Assembly (NCBI RefSeq): GCF_006345805.1
Contig: NC_043005.1
Coordinates: 102,796,001-102,860,000 of the forward strand
Direction of reading: 5' to 3'
DNA: 64,000 bases
Source of the DNA: Octopus sinensis
Lineage: Eukaryota
The notes under the pieces were generated by a model. It was given only the letters and a program-made list of their open reading frames with translations, was not told where the DNA came from and ran no database searches. The translations under genes were made by a program, and so were the position numbers. Below are positions 14,272 through 27,346 of this stretch, one piece after another (the stretch's first letter is position 1; each line of letters starts with the position of its first letter).

Positions 14272-14793
14272 TTGGGTTGTCCGGAAAGTTCGTGCCGATT
14301 TATAGCCGCTTATCTTTTGACTTATTTTAGAACATAGTTGAGTCCATAAAATAGGATTTGACTACATCTCCATTTAGAGCCCAGATTAAGCTATCTTTTC
14401 ATGGAAGAAGGTTTAATTTCCTAAACTGTGTTAATTCTGTAACCTTTTAAAATGGAAGATAAGAAAGTTCATTTTCTTATCTTGATGCTTTAGGAACCAG
14501 ATAAAAATTGCTGCAGCTCGGTTGGGATGTGTTACCCCACTCTCCATATTCACCAGATATTGCTCCTTTGGATTTCCAATTATTCAGGTCTCTGCAGTAT
14601 AGTCTTAATGGTAAAAATTTCAATTCCTTGGATGACGTAAAAAGATACCTTGATGAATTCTTTCCCATGAAACCACCTCAAATCTGGGAAGAAGGTATTT
14701 TCAAGTTAAAGGAAAGATGGAGACGCATTGTGCAGCAAAATGGTTCATATTTGGTTGATTAAAAATGTAATGGCAGATATTTATTGACCTTTT
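14272..14793 (+). mobile_element. Internally deleted mariner, right TIR lost
   Basis: TA followed by TIR ttgggttgtccggaaagttcgtgccgattt. ORF 14508-14762 has the mariner motif HSPYSPDIAPLDFQLF. Confidence 0.9.
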
Positions 14794-15689
14794 CCGGTCC
14801 CAACTTAAGGCTGTTAAATGCGTAACGCCTGAAGACATGTCATGACAAACAGAATAATATAATTTTCCAGCAATCCAAGAATTATAAATGTCTACTCAAT
14901 TATATCGAAAACCGAGCGTGAAAGACTGACTCTGATTTATCCATATTGAAAAAAGATGACAGAAATTGCCGGTCATGGTCAATTTGCTCGGGACATAAAA
15001 AATATAAATCACTTATATTGATTACATTTTCACCTATTCAACCAATTATTGCCATATGCTCCTTATGTGCTTATTTCAAAATAAACCTGTGTTCTACTGT
15101 TTCATGAAATCGTTTCAGGATGTCTTGGTAACGATTTGCATCTGACCAATAGAAAAATCACCCTTTGCTTCGTCACAATCGGTTTCTGAAATTAAAAAAG
15201 AAAAAAAACGGAAAAAAACAGAGGAGCCTTTGAATACTACATAAAGTAATATTGTGATGCACATAAATAACATATAACGTTGAATTCAGCTGAGATAATC
15301 TAGCCAATTTATTTGCAAAAACCCCCTGTAAATTTGAGAAAAATCTAAAAGCGAAAATAATAAAACTATATGTAATATCAGGAAAAAGATTCGTTCATCG
15401 AAATGTTTGGACATATAACAATGCAGATTTGGGAGGTTCTAGTGTTTAAAAACCAACTAATGGAAGACTATATTTTGTTCTAGATAGAACTCATTAGTGA
15501 GATATACACATTCTATATTTCAAAATGTCACATATTTTCGCTATTCCCTTCATATGCTGAAACGCCAGAAAAATGTCTCAACTGCGTATCACCTTTTCTC
15601 TGGTACTTAACTTTGAATAACAAAGAGTTCAAATTATATTTTGTGTAGATATTGTATTCATTGTTAAAGTAAAATTATCGTCTCTTGTC

Positions 15690-15905
15690 ATTCCGACTGA
15701 TAAGGGCCAGTTTATCGGTTTCCATGGCGTATAAATTCCCCAACCGGACGGCACAGGATTATTATTGTTTGTGAGCTGAGTGGGCTGGTGCAACGTGAAA
15801 TTAAATGTTGTGCTCAAGAAAGCAACGCGTCGCCTGATCCAGGAATCGAAACCACACTCTCATGATCATAAGTCCAACGCCCCAATCACTAAGCCACGCA
15901 ACTCT
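15690..15905 (-). mobile_element. Old tRNA-derived SINE related to family C
   Basis: Minus strand gcgtggcttagtg...ggtttcgattcctgg...ttcttgagcac..cacgttgc matches the head and body at 44436. Confidence 0.6.
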
Positions 15906-16481
15906 ACTTTCATTGTTAATGATATTTAGGTTCTTCTTTTTCTTTATTGTAACAGACTTATGACCAAATGTTTTCTAGTCATGCCCAGTCTGTGTTTGGT
16001 ATACCAGGCTCTACGTCATACAATACAAGGTTTTTTCATTGAAGATGATAGATGATAATTTTAGGTATATTTGCTTAATTTTTCTACCAGAGCATTAAGA
16101 CTGCATATGTCTGTAAAGGGAGACATAGAACTAATGTTTTCCAGCAATATACGAGACATTAGGTTGAAATCGCTTATATTAAACAGTTAAGAGCTCTCTC
16201 TGCCTGAAAGAATTCCACAAATTCGAGATGAGTTTAACTTAGGATAGAGATATATGGCTCAAGATGCTGTTGATGTTCTTTAGACATTCACATCTCTTGT
16301 TTAATCAGGCCTATAATCAAGCGGCCTTTTCAGTATCCACTGCTGGATTATTCAATAAGTCAGGATTATATGTATTCAGACAACAACCCATAGCCGATCA
16401 ATGACACAAGGGCATTTATGCATAAATTGTTCTGTTAACATATGAGAAGAAATTTAGCTCAAACGTAACTATATCTTAATA

Positions 16482-16893
16482 GGCGCAGGAGTGGCTGTGT
16501 GGTAAGTAGCTTGCTTACCAACCACATGGTTCCGGGTTCAGTCTCACTGCGTGGCATCTTGGGCAAGTGTCTTCTGCTATAGCCTCGGGCCGACCAATGC
16601 CTTGTGAGTGGATTTGGTAGACGGAAACTGAAAGAAGCCTGTCGGATATGTATATATATATATGTGTGTGTGTATATTTGTGTGTCTGTGTTTGTCCCCC
16701 TAGCATTGCTTGACGACCGATGCTGGTGTGTTTATGTCCCCGTCACTTAGCGGTTCGGCAAAAGAGACCGATAGAATAAGTACTGGGCTTACAAAGAATA
16801 AGTCCGGGGGTCGATTTGCTCGACTAAAGGCGGTGCTCCAGCATGGCCGCAGTCAAATGACTGAAACAAGTAAAAGAGTAAAAGAGTAAGAGT
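16482..16893 (+). mobile_element. tRNA-derived SINE family A, full length with TSD
   Basis: Complete copy flanked by a ~21-bp duplication, aaac(g/a)taactatatctta(a/g)ta (16461-16481 / 16894-16914). Confidence 0.95.
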
Positions 16894-17319
16894 AAACATA
16901 ACTATATCTTAGTAGGCACTTACTTTAAATGTTTTGGGAATGAAGAAGCCATATAGCTAAACAGATACTGTTGCTAAATCAAACGTCAGCTTTGATTCAG
17001 AAGCCTTATGACTAAATGTTATACAAGTAGTAGACATGTCTACGTCTAGGTTCAAAGTCACATTGTAACTAGAAGTACGGTATCTTAAAATACATGTGTT
17101 TATACTTCAAATTTTACGAGAGTCAGTTGTAATTCAGAAGATACTTCGTTGAGATTTCTAATCAGTCGATCGTTTGCATAAAATTTCTTTGTTGACTCAT
17201 ATATGTTAAGCATGCTATTTACTCACTTTAGTTTAAATTCAAAAACATTGGAGAATATCTGACAAGGAATATATCTGTGAGATTAAAATAAGGATTTAAA
17301 TAGGTACAGAAAATATTGA

Positions 17320-17705
17320 TTTCTAATTTTGACAAAGGCTAAACATTTTGGTGAGAGGGAGAAAGTCGATTCTATCAACCCCAGTGATCAACTGGTACTT
17401 ATTTTATCGAGTCTCAAAAGCAAAATTGAACCAGGCGGAATTTGAACGCGGAACATAAAGACTGACGAAATACTTATTTCTTTACTACCCTCAAGGGGCT
17501 AAGCACAGAGAGGACAAACAAGAACAGACAAACGGATTAAGTCGATTATATTGACCAGGGTGCGTAACTGGTACTTATTTAATCGACTCCGAAAGGATGA
17601 AAGGCAAAGTCGACCTCGGCGGAATTTGAACTCAGAACGTAGCGGCAGGCGAAATACTGTTAAACATTTTGGCCGGTGTGCTAACGATTCTACCAGCTAG
17701 CCGTC
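17320..17705 (-). mobile_element. Two adjacent or nested SINE family B copies
   Basis: 17475-17705 closely matches 11275-11503. 17320-17472 is an older partial copy. Confidence 0.85.
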
Positions 17706-18300
17706 TTAGATACAGTTGATATTAAATAAAAGCTAGGATCCTATTTTTCTGGTAATCATCATTATTGATACCATATCTTGTAAAGTGAAACTGTATCTCA
17801 GGTTCTGCTTGACGGGAGCTCTCTTGTTGGTTAGAACAATTATTGATTTTTCCTGTGTCTAACGTAAAGGTCATTATCTTTTCACCTGAAGCGGGGAATG
17901 TCGCTTGAATAGTCTGCAAATAATACTTTGTTTATCGAAACTGAAATTTTTTGAAAGCGCAAGTCAACATCGAAGAAGTTTGAACAAAAGATCGAAAATA
18001 TTTCTAAATAGTATTTAGTTCTGAACAGTAGCGATTTAGTCATTCCCATGGCCCTTGACGGCAACAGTCATTACTATGTAGAAATTAATGATAATTTTAC
18101 CTACGAAATGGGACATCATAATCGTATTTTCCGCTTCTCTTCATATTGTCCGCATTCATAATATTTTGCACAGAGACTTTGTGTCGATGTTTATAAATAC
18201 CTGCGTATTGATAATTGACTATACGTATACATGCATTCACGACTGTATGTATGAGTGCGTATATAACTATATGTATTATATGCTATATAAAAATATCTGT

Positions 18301-18366
<66 letters not shown>

Positions 18367-18396
18367 CATACATACATACATATATATATATTCATA

Positions 18397-18429
<33 letters not shown>

Positions 18430-18452
18430 CATACATACATATATATATATTC

Positions 18453-18483
<31 letters not shown>

Positions 18484-18915
18484 TATATATATATATATAA
18501 TATATATATATATATGCATATATGTATATATATATATATATATATCTATATATATATGCGCATGTACTATGTATACATATGTGTATATCACAGATTATTA
18601 TTCATTCATTAATTCAGTTATCGCTGAACCATTATGTTTGCGATCAACAATAGAAGTCGTAACAGTCCTACACCATAATAATAATAATAATAGTCAAAAT
18701 CCCCCATGTTCCCCCATCATTGTAGTCACCACTGTCTATAGAACTGAATAGAATCGCAAATACTATTTTACCTATTAATTTTAGCATTGTTATCGAGACA
18801 AGTAATAAATTGGATGTGTGTGTGTGTGTGTGTGTGTGTGTGATTGTATAAACTGCATTGCTATCGATTATTTTACAATGAACATATATAGACTCGCTAT
18901 GGTTATGTAAGCACA

Positions 18916-18977
<62 letters not shown>

Positions 18978-19055
18978 CTATGTCTAGAATGTTAGTGATC
19001 GACGAAAATATCCGTCATCTTTCCTGTTGATCTATCTTTCTATTGATATATATAT

Positions 19056-19369
19056 GTTTATATATTTATAAAACGGAAGTTGTCTATGTATGGCAGGTTT
19101 GATAGCCTTCAACTAACAATATCACCTCCGAGACCCTGCGGTGAAAGTTGACCAAAATTAAGAGTATGATAGAATATGGCTTGCTCTTCCTTCCATAGCA
19201 GAAAACATTCAAATCGGACCATGTTAACACCCAAAAATATATACATCAAAAGGTGCATTTTTACTATTTTTTTGACTGCTTTCTCGCCATTTTCCGTTGT
19301 ATCTCACTTTTCAAAAATTCCATTCTAAAGGGTCGAAACAAACCCGAGCAACAACGAGCGATACTACTA

Positions 19370-19370
<1 letters not shown>
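19056..19370 (+). mobile_element. Non-autonomous Helitron, second subfamily
   Basis: The 3' end caaacccgagcaacaacgagcgatactaCTAG matches the Helitrons at 4642 and 21449, but the interior differs. The 5' boundary is approximate. Confidence 0.65.
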
Positions 19371-19410
<40 letters not shown>

Positions 19411-19499
19411 TATATATATATATATCTATATACATATATATATAATATATTATAATATGCATATTGTTATATACACACACATACACACACGCACACGTC

Positions 19500-19812
19500 A
19501 ACAGCACCAGCCTTCTTTCACACGCACATACGTACTCTCTTACACACACTCACCTTCATTTTGGGATGACTACTACTTTGTTATCTCCCCTACGTCTTCG
19601 CTTTCTTGTGTGACCCTTCTGTCCGACAGTCACCATGATAGATCGTTAGACACTACGCACATTTTTTTCTCTCCTTGTTTCTCTCCTTGTTTTTCTGTGT
19701 ACCTTTCTCTAGAAGAGCATTGGCTCGAAACGTAAAAGACTTTTTCTATTCCTGAGCGTTATACTAATACATCTGTTTGCTTTGTACACCACCTGTCTTC
19801 GTCTTTTGTTTA
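19500..19812 (+). mobile_element. PLE-like terminal fragment with degenerate minimal HHR (19703-19738)
   Basis: cttt-CTCTAGA-a-gagc-attg-gctc-GAAAC-GTA-aaag. Homologous to 5690-5852 and ends in (TA)n. Confidence 0.55.
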
Positions 19813-20045
19813 TATATATATATATATATAAATTGTTATATATATATATATAAGTTCAGCAAAATTTAAATTCAGATGAATATGGTACTAAATTTAAAGG
19901 CACCAGAATTTGGTATGGTATTATCCATATAAATCAATTGGGTGATTTGATTTATATATATGTATATATTTATATATATATATATATATATATATTTAAT
20001 AAGTATTAAAATGTACATTGTCCATGTAATTACAAAAAATCTATA

Positions 20046-20112
20046 TGTAGCTGAAGAATGCTCGACATTTTATAATTGATGTAATAAAGTAGCATGAAAC
20101 GATTGTACTGCA
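20046..20112 (+). ncRNA. Type I hammerhead ribozyme, intact core
   Basis: tgtag-CTGAAGA-atgct-(28 nt)-agcat-GAAAC-gatt-GTA-ctgca, inside a ~150-bp island between (TA)n tracts. Confidence 0.75.
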
Positions 20113-20144
20113 CTACTTTTGATATCAGTGTTGCTTATTTTGAT

Positions 20145-20203
<59 letters not shown>

Positions 20204-20310
20204 AATAATATAATAAATAAATAAAATATATGCATATATACATACATATATGTACATACGTACATCTACATGTATATATACATGCATATATATATATATA
20301 TATATATATA

Positions 20311-20957
20311 TGAGTACAGGACACCACAAATAAACGTGGAACACAACGAGAGACGAAAACATAAAATCAAACAAGGAAACGGACTTTTTTTAAACAACGA
20401 AAAAACAGAGTACAGGACAAACAATACAAGGAAGTATCCCCTTCATCAGCTGTCCCTGGTTCGATTCAAAGTGTGTTTCGAAGGTAAGGACAGAACACGG
20501 CCGAAGCAGTACTTCATGCAAAAGGAATTAAATAAAATTATTTTACAGAGGGGTAAAACAAGTGACAAAAACAGGAAATAAAAGCAATACAAATGAAGAA
20601 AAAAACAATACAAATGAAGAAAAAACAGTACACATAAAGAAACAGGACAGGGAACAGACAATAAGGGCTTTTTTGCCTGGACGGTGGAAAAATTAGTTAG
20701 AACGCATGTGAAAAATCGGCTTACGAAGGACAAAAGTCGATCTATACTTGTTGAAGGACGAAGCTGAAAGAAACTTTTAGCAGCACTCTGGTCAGGAGGA
20801 GTAGGAGGAGAAGGAGAGAGAGAGAGAGAGAGAAAAGAAACCAGAAAGGGTGGAAAATAAGAACGAGAGAGATAAGTAGAGAGGAAGACAGACAGGCAAG
20901 GAGGAAAGGTCAAAGAGTGCGCGTCATGATTATTCAAAAATAACTTCGAGAAGAGAA
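20311..20957 (-). mobile_element. Probable PLE-like non-coding end
   Basis: Purine-skewed island abutting (TA)n, with an internal repeat of gagtacaggaca. Minus-strand CTGATGA at 20443-20449 has no matching GAAA. Confidence 0.35.
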
Positions 20958-21012
20958 ATATATTCACATAAAGCATTATCAACCATAGTAGGCATATCAG
21001 TTCTAAAAAGTT

Positions 21013-21076
<64 letters not shown>

Positions 21077-21312
21077 ATATATATATACCAAGGATGTGAG
21101 AGTTATGGTGTCAAGAAAACCCTAAGTTATCAGGTAGTGCTGAGTAAGTGCTATGAACAGATTATAGTTAAGCGCTAGGTTCGATAATGATACGAATGAG
21201 GAGTCCCAAAAGTTCATGTATTAAAATGCATATATATAAAAATTAACAGAATGAGACAAAGATTCAAGTCTGTGAATACTTTTCAGTTATAAATGTTTTG
21301 AATATATATATA

Positions 21313-21407
<95 letters not shown>

Positions 21408-21412
21408 TATAT

Positions 21413-21448
<36 letters not shown>

Positions 21449-21449
<1 letters not shown>

Positions 21450-21841
21450 CTTTATATATAAAGTAAGGTTGTGTCTGTCTCCTACGATTTAGATTCCTAA
21501 ATACTCCCACATTTTGCGGTGCTGTTTAACCAAAACCGGGTATCTTATAGTCGTGATTCATATCGAGCCCATCTGGGTATTAGCGCGCATCTACGATGAG
21601 TCTACGATTAAAAAAAAAAATTACCATAATTTTTTTCCATTTTAATGCATTTTTCCGATATTATATAAGGGAAGTAACTCTCTAAAATGTCTACGATGAG
21701 TCAAAGATTTAAAAACAAAATTACCATCATTTTTTTTCCATTTTTAATGCATTTTTTGCTATTTTTTGACTATAACTCTCCAAAAATACATATATAGTTA
21801 TTTCCCTTACAAACCCGAGCAACGCCAGGCGATACTGCTAG
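21449..21841 (+). mobile_element. Non-autonomous Helitron
   Basis: TC...CTAG termini inside (TA)n. Close copy of 4642-5033. Confidence 0.85.
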
Positions 21842-21873
<32 letters not shown>

Positions 21874-21874
21874 A

Positions 21875-21944
<70 letters not shown>

Positions 21945-21946
<2 letters not shown>

Positions 21947-22134
21947 GGTGAAAAATTGAATATTAATTGATTAATATAAATTTTAAACCAGTGGTCTAGC
22001 ATATAGAAAAACCGAAGAAAAGAAAACTAAAATAAGCCCTCATTGTTATGTGAGTGCCTCGGGGAAAGGAGAAAATATGGGGTGACTGACTTCTAGTATA
22101 TGGATGTCCACATAGTGGTCATTCCTCATATATG

Positions 22135-22135
<1 letters not shown>
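21945..22135. mobile_element. Rearranged end fragment of the 36442-37310 family
   Basis: The left part is the reverse complement of atatgctagacca.tggt...tcaccct. The right part matches ttctag...gtccacatagtggt in forward orientation. Confidence 0.6.
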
Positions 22136-22203
<68 letters not shown>

Positions 22204-22469
22204 TTTGCAATTAAGGACAACTACTTAATAAGGAAAACTTAACAAGAAATTGTCAGGTAGATAGCGTAAAAACCTCATAAGAGAAAATTTCGAAAATAAT
22301 TATTTCTTATTGAACATATTAATTTATATATAGAGGGCATAATTATACATACATGCCAGGAGGCATTATATATACACGCCAAACGCTAAGAGGGACAATC
22401 AGTCATTTCTACCAAAATATTACTAATCCCACCGAATGCAACTTTTCAAAGTAAGACATTTAAAAATAT

Positions 22470-22516
22470 AGGCCTGTATCACAGTGATTCATACTTACGT
22501 AATCATCAGCAGGCCT
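22470..22516 (-). ncRNA. Type I hammerhead ribozyme (1-nt deletion in GAAA)
   Basis: Copy of 22951-22998 with gattc in place of gatttc. Confidence 0.7.
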
Positions 22517-22950
22517 GAATGTATTATAAATAAACAACGACCCTGCCTCGCTTAAGCCGAACAGCTAACTGATCAACATCAACGAAGCACATGGGTGAGT
22601 TTATATATATTACATCCGGGTGAATGGCAGACTTTTACAAAATTGCATTTCGGGAGAGGAAAAGTTTTTTCGGAATAAAAATTTTGCAATTAAGGACAAC
22701 TACTTAATAAGGAAAACTTAACAAGAAATTGTCAGGTAGATAGCGTAAAAACCTCATAAGAGAAAAAATTTCGAAAATAATTATTTCTTATTGAACATAT
22801 TAATTTATATATAGAGGGCATAATTATACATACATGCCAGGAGGCATTATATATACATGCCAAACGCTAAGAGGGACAATCAGTCATTTCTACCAAAATA
22901 TTACTAATCCCACCGAATGCAACTTTTCAAAGTAAGACATTTAAAAATAT

Positions 22951-22998
22951 AGGCCTGTATCACAGTGATTTCATACTTACGTAATCATCAGCAGGCCT
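22951..22998 (-). ncRNA. Type I hammerhead ribozyme
   Basis: Minus strand: aggcctg-CTGATGA-t-tac-GTAA-gta-t-GAAA-tcac-t-gtga-TA-caggcct. Confidence 0.85.
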
Positions 22999-23402
22999 GA
23001 ATGTATTATAAATAAACAACGACCCTGCCTCGCTTAAGCCGAACAGCTAACTGATCAACATCAACGAAGCACATGGGTGAGTTTATATATATTACATCCG
23101 GGTGAATGGCAGACTTTTACAAAATTGCATTTTACAATAATTATTTTCGAAATTTTTTCTCTTATGAGGTTTTTACGCTATCTACCTGACAATTTCTTGT
23201 TAAGTTTTCCTTATTAAGTAGTTGTCCTTAATTGCAAATTTTTTATTCCGAAAAAACTTTTCCTCTCCCGAAATGCAATTTGTAAAAGTCTGCCATTCAC
23301 CGGATGTAATATATATAAACTCACCCATGTGCTTCGTTGATGTTGATCAGTTAGCTGTTCGGCTTAAGCGAGGCAGGGTCGTTGTTTATTTATAATACAT
23401 TC

Positions 23403-23450
23403 AGGCCTGCTGATGATTACGTAAGTATGAAATCACTGTGATACAGGCCT
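23403..23450 (+). ncRNA. Type I hammerhead ribozyme
   Basis: Stem I aggcctg/caggcct, CTGATGA at 23410-23416, GNRA-capped stem II, GAAA at 23429-23432, stem III tcac/gtga. Predicted cleavage after A23443. Confidence 0.85.
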
Positions 23451-23626
23451 ATATTTTTAAATGTCTTACTTTGAAAAGTTGCATTCGGTGGGATTAGTAA
23501 TATTTTGGTAGAAATGACTGATTGTCCCTCTTAGCGTTTGGCATGTATATATAATGCCTCCTGGCATGTATGTATAATTATGCCCTCTATATTATAAATT
23601 TATATATATATATATATATATTAATA

Positions 23627-23657
<31 letters not shown>

Positions 23658-24019
23658 ATATATATTATATAATATATATATATGTATATATACATATGAC
23701 ACATATATTCGTACATATACGTAAATATGTATATATTCACATAAAGCATTATCAACCTAGTAGGCAGATCAGTTCTAATTTTCTACAAACCTGTATGATA
23801 ATTTGTTTCAAATGAAATGCTACCGAAACACCTGTAGTGAATTTTAAAATTAACCTATGTTTGTGCAAATTCCATTCTTGGAACAATCCCGAGGTCGTAC
23901 CTGCAACTTACACAGAATTGTTTCTGTATATATTTAAACATATGCACGTGCTCCCAGCATGGAAAACGGACGTTAAATGATCTTTGATGATGATTATATA
24001 TATATATATATATATATAA

Positions 24020-24175
24020 TATAAATTATTAGAGAGTTATCCACTCTCTATTAGAGAGTTATCCACTTTCTAATAATTTATGTATAAATTTGTATTTTCT
24101 CCGTAGTTATTTGTGCTAAGCCACTTGGTGTTAAATTGACGGTATTATTAAATTAATATCGATTTTTCACCCCAT

Positions 24176-24185
<10 letters not shown>
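24020..24185 (+). mobile_element. Short fold-back PLE-like end in (TA)n
   Basis: Duplicated ttagagagttatccact and inverted ataaattattaga/tctaataattttat. The 3' end attaaattaatatc..tttttcaccc resembles 36700-36725. Confidence 0.5.
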
Positions 24186-24217
<32 letters not shown>

Positions 24218-25334
24218 ATATTAATATATATATTATATATATATATATAAATGCATGAGTGTGTGTGTTTATGCATGTAGAAGTCTGAATATACATGTTA
24301 TATATATATGCGCACACATCCACACGCACATACATATATACAAAGACACATTCTCACACACACACATATGTATTTTTGTCGCAGCTTTTTTTAAATGCCT
24401 ACCCATAGTATCTCTAAAGTGTAGGCCAACCCGCGTAATTTAATACTATTGGGATGTCTGGCCAGAATGGTTCAGCGGTTAAGACGATGCAGTTATCAGC
24501 AAGCTGTAAATTTTACTTTGAAGTTGCTTTGTCGTTGCTAAGTTGATTTACAGGGCCGGAGCGGTCCACTTACCTAGAGCCACTGAAAGTTACAGAGGGC
24601 AACAGCCGGTCAGCGGGATCCTACTCCTCGACTACCTGTCAAATTTGCTCCCACCCCCATATCTTTTCTTCTTCCAAGACACTCACAGGACAGTGAGGGT
24701 TTATATTAGTTTTCTTTTCTTATAACATGCTAATTAACTCATAGTTAGGACCCTGACTAGTGATTCTATTCCAGTCAGGTTAGACCTGGGAACAATAACG
24801 ACTAACACCTGATTCTACCCTCTTCAAATTCCTGGAACTCCCTAAGCGAAGTTTATTATTAAATTTACCTCATGTAGGAGGTAAATATTAAAATTAATAT
24901 TTCTATATCCTACCAGCGGGCAATCTCTCACACAAAGTTGTCCATATGTCCATGTGTCTAGATGTATGCGTGTAAATATTTAAGCATATTTATTTTTATG
25001 TACATACGGTTCTCCCTGTGTGCGTAAGTGAATGTGTGCACCTGTTTGTACCTGGTTTTGTGTTTGTGTGAGTGTTTGTGTCTTAGTATATGTCTGTGTC
25101 TGTGTGAGTTTATTCATTACCAATCAAGCTAATCTCACCTCTGCTCCAGAGAGCTCTAATAAAGCAGTAGTTTTATATTGTGAGAAACTGTGAAAACAGT
25201 CAACGATATTACAGCCTCAACCAACCGGTTCTTTCAATTTATTTCCAATTATCTTTTTCTAGAATTAATTAATTATTCTTTTGTGTAATCTTTCCAGAAA
25301 TGGCTCTATAATAATGTCGACGAACAAGGAACGT

Positions 25335-25736
25335 CGATGATGACGACTACGGCGACGGCGGCAACGACTACGACGACTACGAAGACGACGATGATAATGA
25401 TGGTGATGATGATGGTAAAGGCGATGATGACGACAATCAGGGTTGTGATGGGTCTGATGATATTAATGAAAATGATGCTAAGTATCCTCGTGTGGATGAT
25501 GAAGATGCAAAACAATGTGAAAGTGGTATCCATGGTTTTTGTTGGGCGATGATGATGATGATGATGAGAGGGAGGAGGAGGAAGACGACGAAGTTGATGG
25601 GACAGTAACAACAAAGATAATGATGATGTTGATAACAATGCTGCTGATGAGGGGGATTTCGACAACGACGAAAATAATGACGGTTATGACGACGACGATG
25701 ACAACACCGACGGCAAATATGCTGATGATGAAGATA
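25335..25736. repeat. Degenerate (GAT/GAC)n low-complexity tract
   Basis: Imperfect trinucleotide repeats that give spurious poly-M/D/T ORFs. Confidence 0.85.
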
Positions 25737-26648
25737 ATTAATGTTGCAATTATTTAAAACATATAAATGCGTAGAATGTATCACGAAGAGTTGTAACAAA
25801 CAAAGGCAGTATATAACATAGCTTGACTGGCTAAACACATGGCCACAGGAGTGACTTTAAAGGATTAGAAAATGACTTTGGTGAAGTTCCTAAAAGCAAC
25901 GAACCGCAAAAAGACCGCATAAAAATGTTAATAAACCCCCAGAAAAGACTATTAACGATGTTGGTCAAGTCCATGGATGCATGCACGTAAGCCTAAAGCC
26001 GTTTATCTTAGAAAATGCCGGTTGACTCCTGGTTGTCAAAGTTAAGCTATTTCGGGGTTAGTTGAAATGAAGATGAGTGTACTCACTGAGCAATGTAATG
26101 TTTGATATAAATACGTGTCATATAGACATAGTTAGAATATGTTTGACTTGAGATAACCTGGAGCAAAATTATTACAATCATAACCGTCCATGATAGTTTT
26201 AACTTTAAATGACACACTTATACCAACGATTTTAGTTATATTTTAGAATGTCTTATTGGAGAAGAAAGCAATCATGTTTATCTCTGTATTCTCTAATAAA
26301 TAAATCGGTACTAAACGTTAGAAAATCTTAATGGTAGTGGAAGTAATAAATACTGACACATTTTGTGGTCTGTACTAAGAAATATAGAAAACGGAATTAA
26401 AAATAATAACAGGTGTCTTTCGACTAAGGACGAGTTAAATTAAGCTGGCGTGGAATATCGATGTTGCACGGACAAGAGCCAGGCCAAGAAAGAAAGATCA
26501 GGCTTGGCCGAACGCCGTTCCCGTGGGAAGAGAAGAGAGAGAGAGAGGCATATATATATATATGTATACACATATATACATATATACATACATACATACA
26601 TGCACACACACACACACCCGAACACACACACACACATATATATATATA

Positions 26649-27206
26649 TTGCGTTGTCCGGAAAGTTTATGCCGATTTATAGTAGCATACCTTTCGACTT
26701 ATTTTAGAACATGATTCAGTCCATAACATAAGATTTGACTACACCACCATTTAGAGCACAGTATAAGCTATCTTTTCGTGGAAGAAGGTTTATATTCTTA
26801 TAACCTGTGTTAATTCTGTAATCCTTTAAAATGAAGATAAAAAGTCCATTTTCGGCACTTGATGCGATAGGAACCCGACAAAAGTTGCTGCAGCTCGGCT
26901 CGAATGTGTTACCCCTCCCTCCATCTTTACCAGATATGGCGCCATCGGATTTCTACTAATTCAGGTCTCTGCAGAATAGTAAATGGTAAAAATTACAATT
27001 CCTTGGATGATCTAAAAGGATACCTTGATGAATTCTTTGCCATGAAACCACCTCAATTCTGGGAAGAGGGTATTTTCAAGTTTAAGGAAAGGTGGAGACG
27101 TATCTTGCAACAAAACGTTTCATATTTGGTTGATTTAAAATGTAATGTCAAGTATTTATTAACCTTTTTCTTTCCTTTCGAAATCGACACGAACTTTCCG
27201 GACAAC

Positions 27207-27210
<4 letters not shown>
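26649..27210 (+). mobile_element. Non-autonomous mariner with both TIRs
   Basis: TIRs ttgcgttgtccggaaagtttatgccgattt / aaatcgacacgaactttccggacaacccaa, with TA flanks. Same internal deletion as 14272. Confidence 0.92.
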
Positions 27211-27271
<61 letters not shown>

Positions 27272-27300
27272 ATATAATATATATATATATTATATATATA

Positions 27301-27346
<46 letters not shown>

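Larger units (their letters stand above)
22201..23600 (-). mobile_element. HHR-bearing tandem plus inverted element (retrozyme-like / non-autonomous PLE)
   Basis: Unit 1 is 22201-22679 and unit 2 is 22680-23132. The inverted copy 23136-23600 equals the reverse complement of ~22321-22785. (TA)n on both flanks; one HHR per unit; no ORF. Confidence 0.85.

Noticed and set aside
20430-20460. Minus-strand CTGATGAAGGGG as an HHR
   Set aside because: No downstream GAAA or stem III could be identified.
22201-23600. CRISPR array or plain satellite
   Set aside because: No repeat-spacer structure, eukaryotic context, and the HHRs plus inversion point to a retroelement.
25306-25838. Acidic or Met-rich protein exon
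   Set aside because: Degenerate GAT/GAC repeat that is open in several frames, with no splice or domain evidence.
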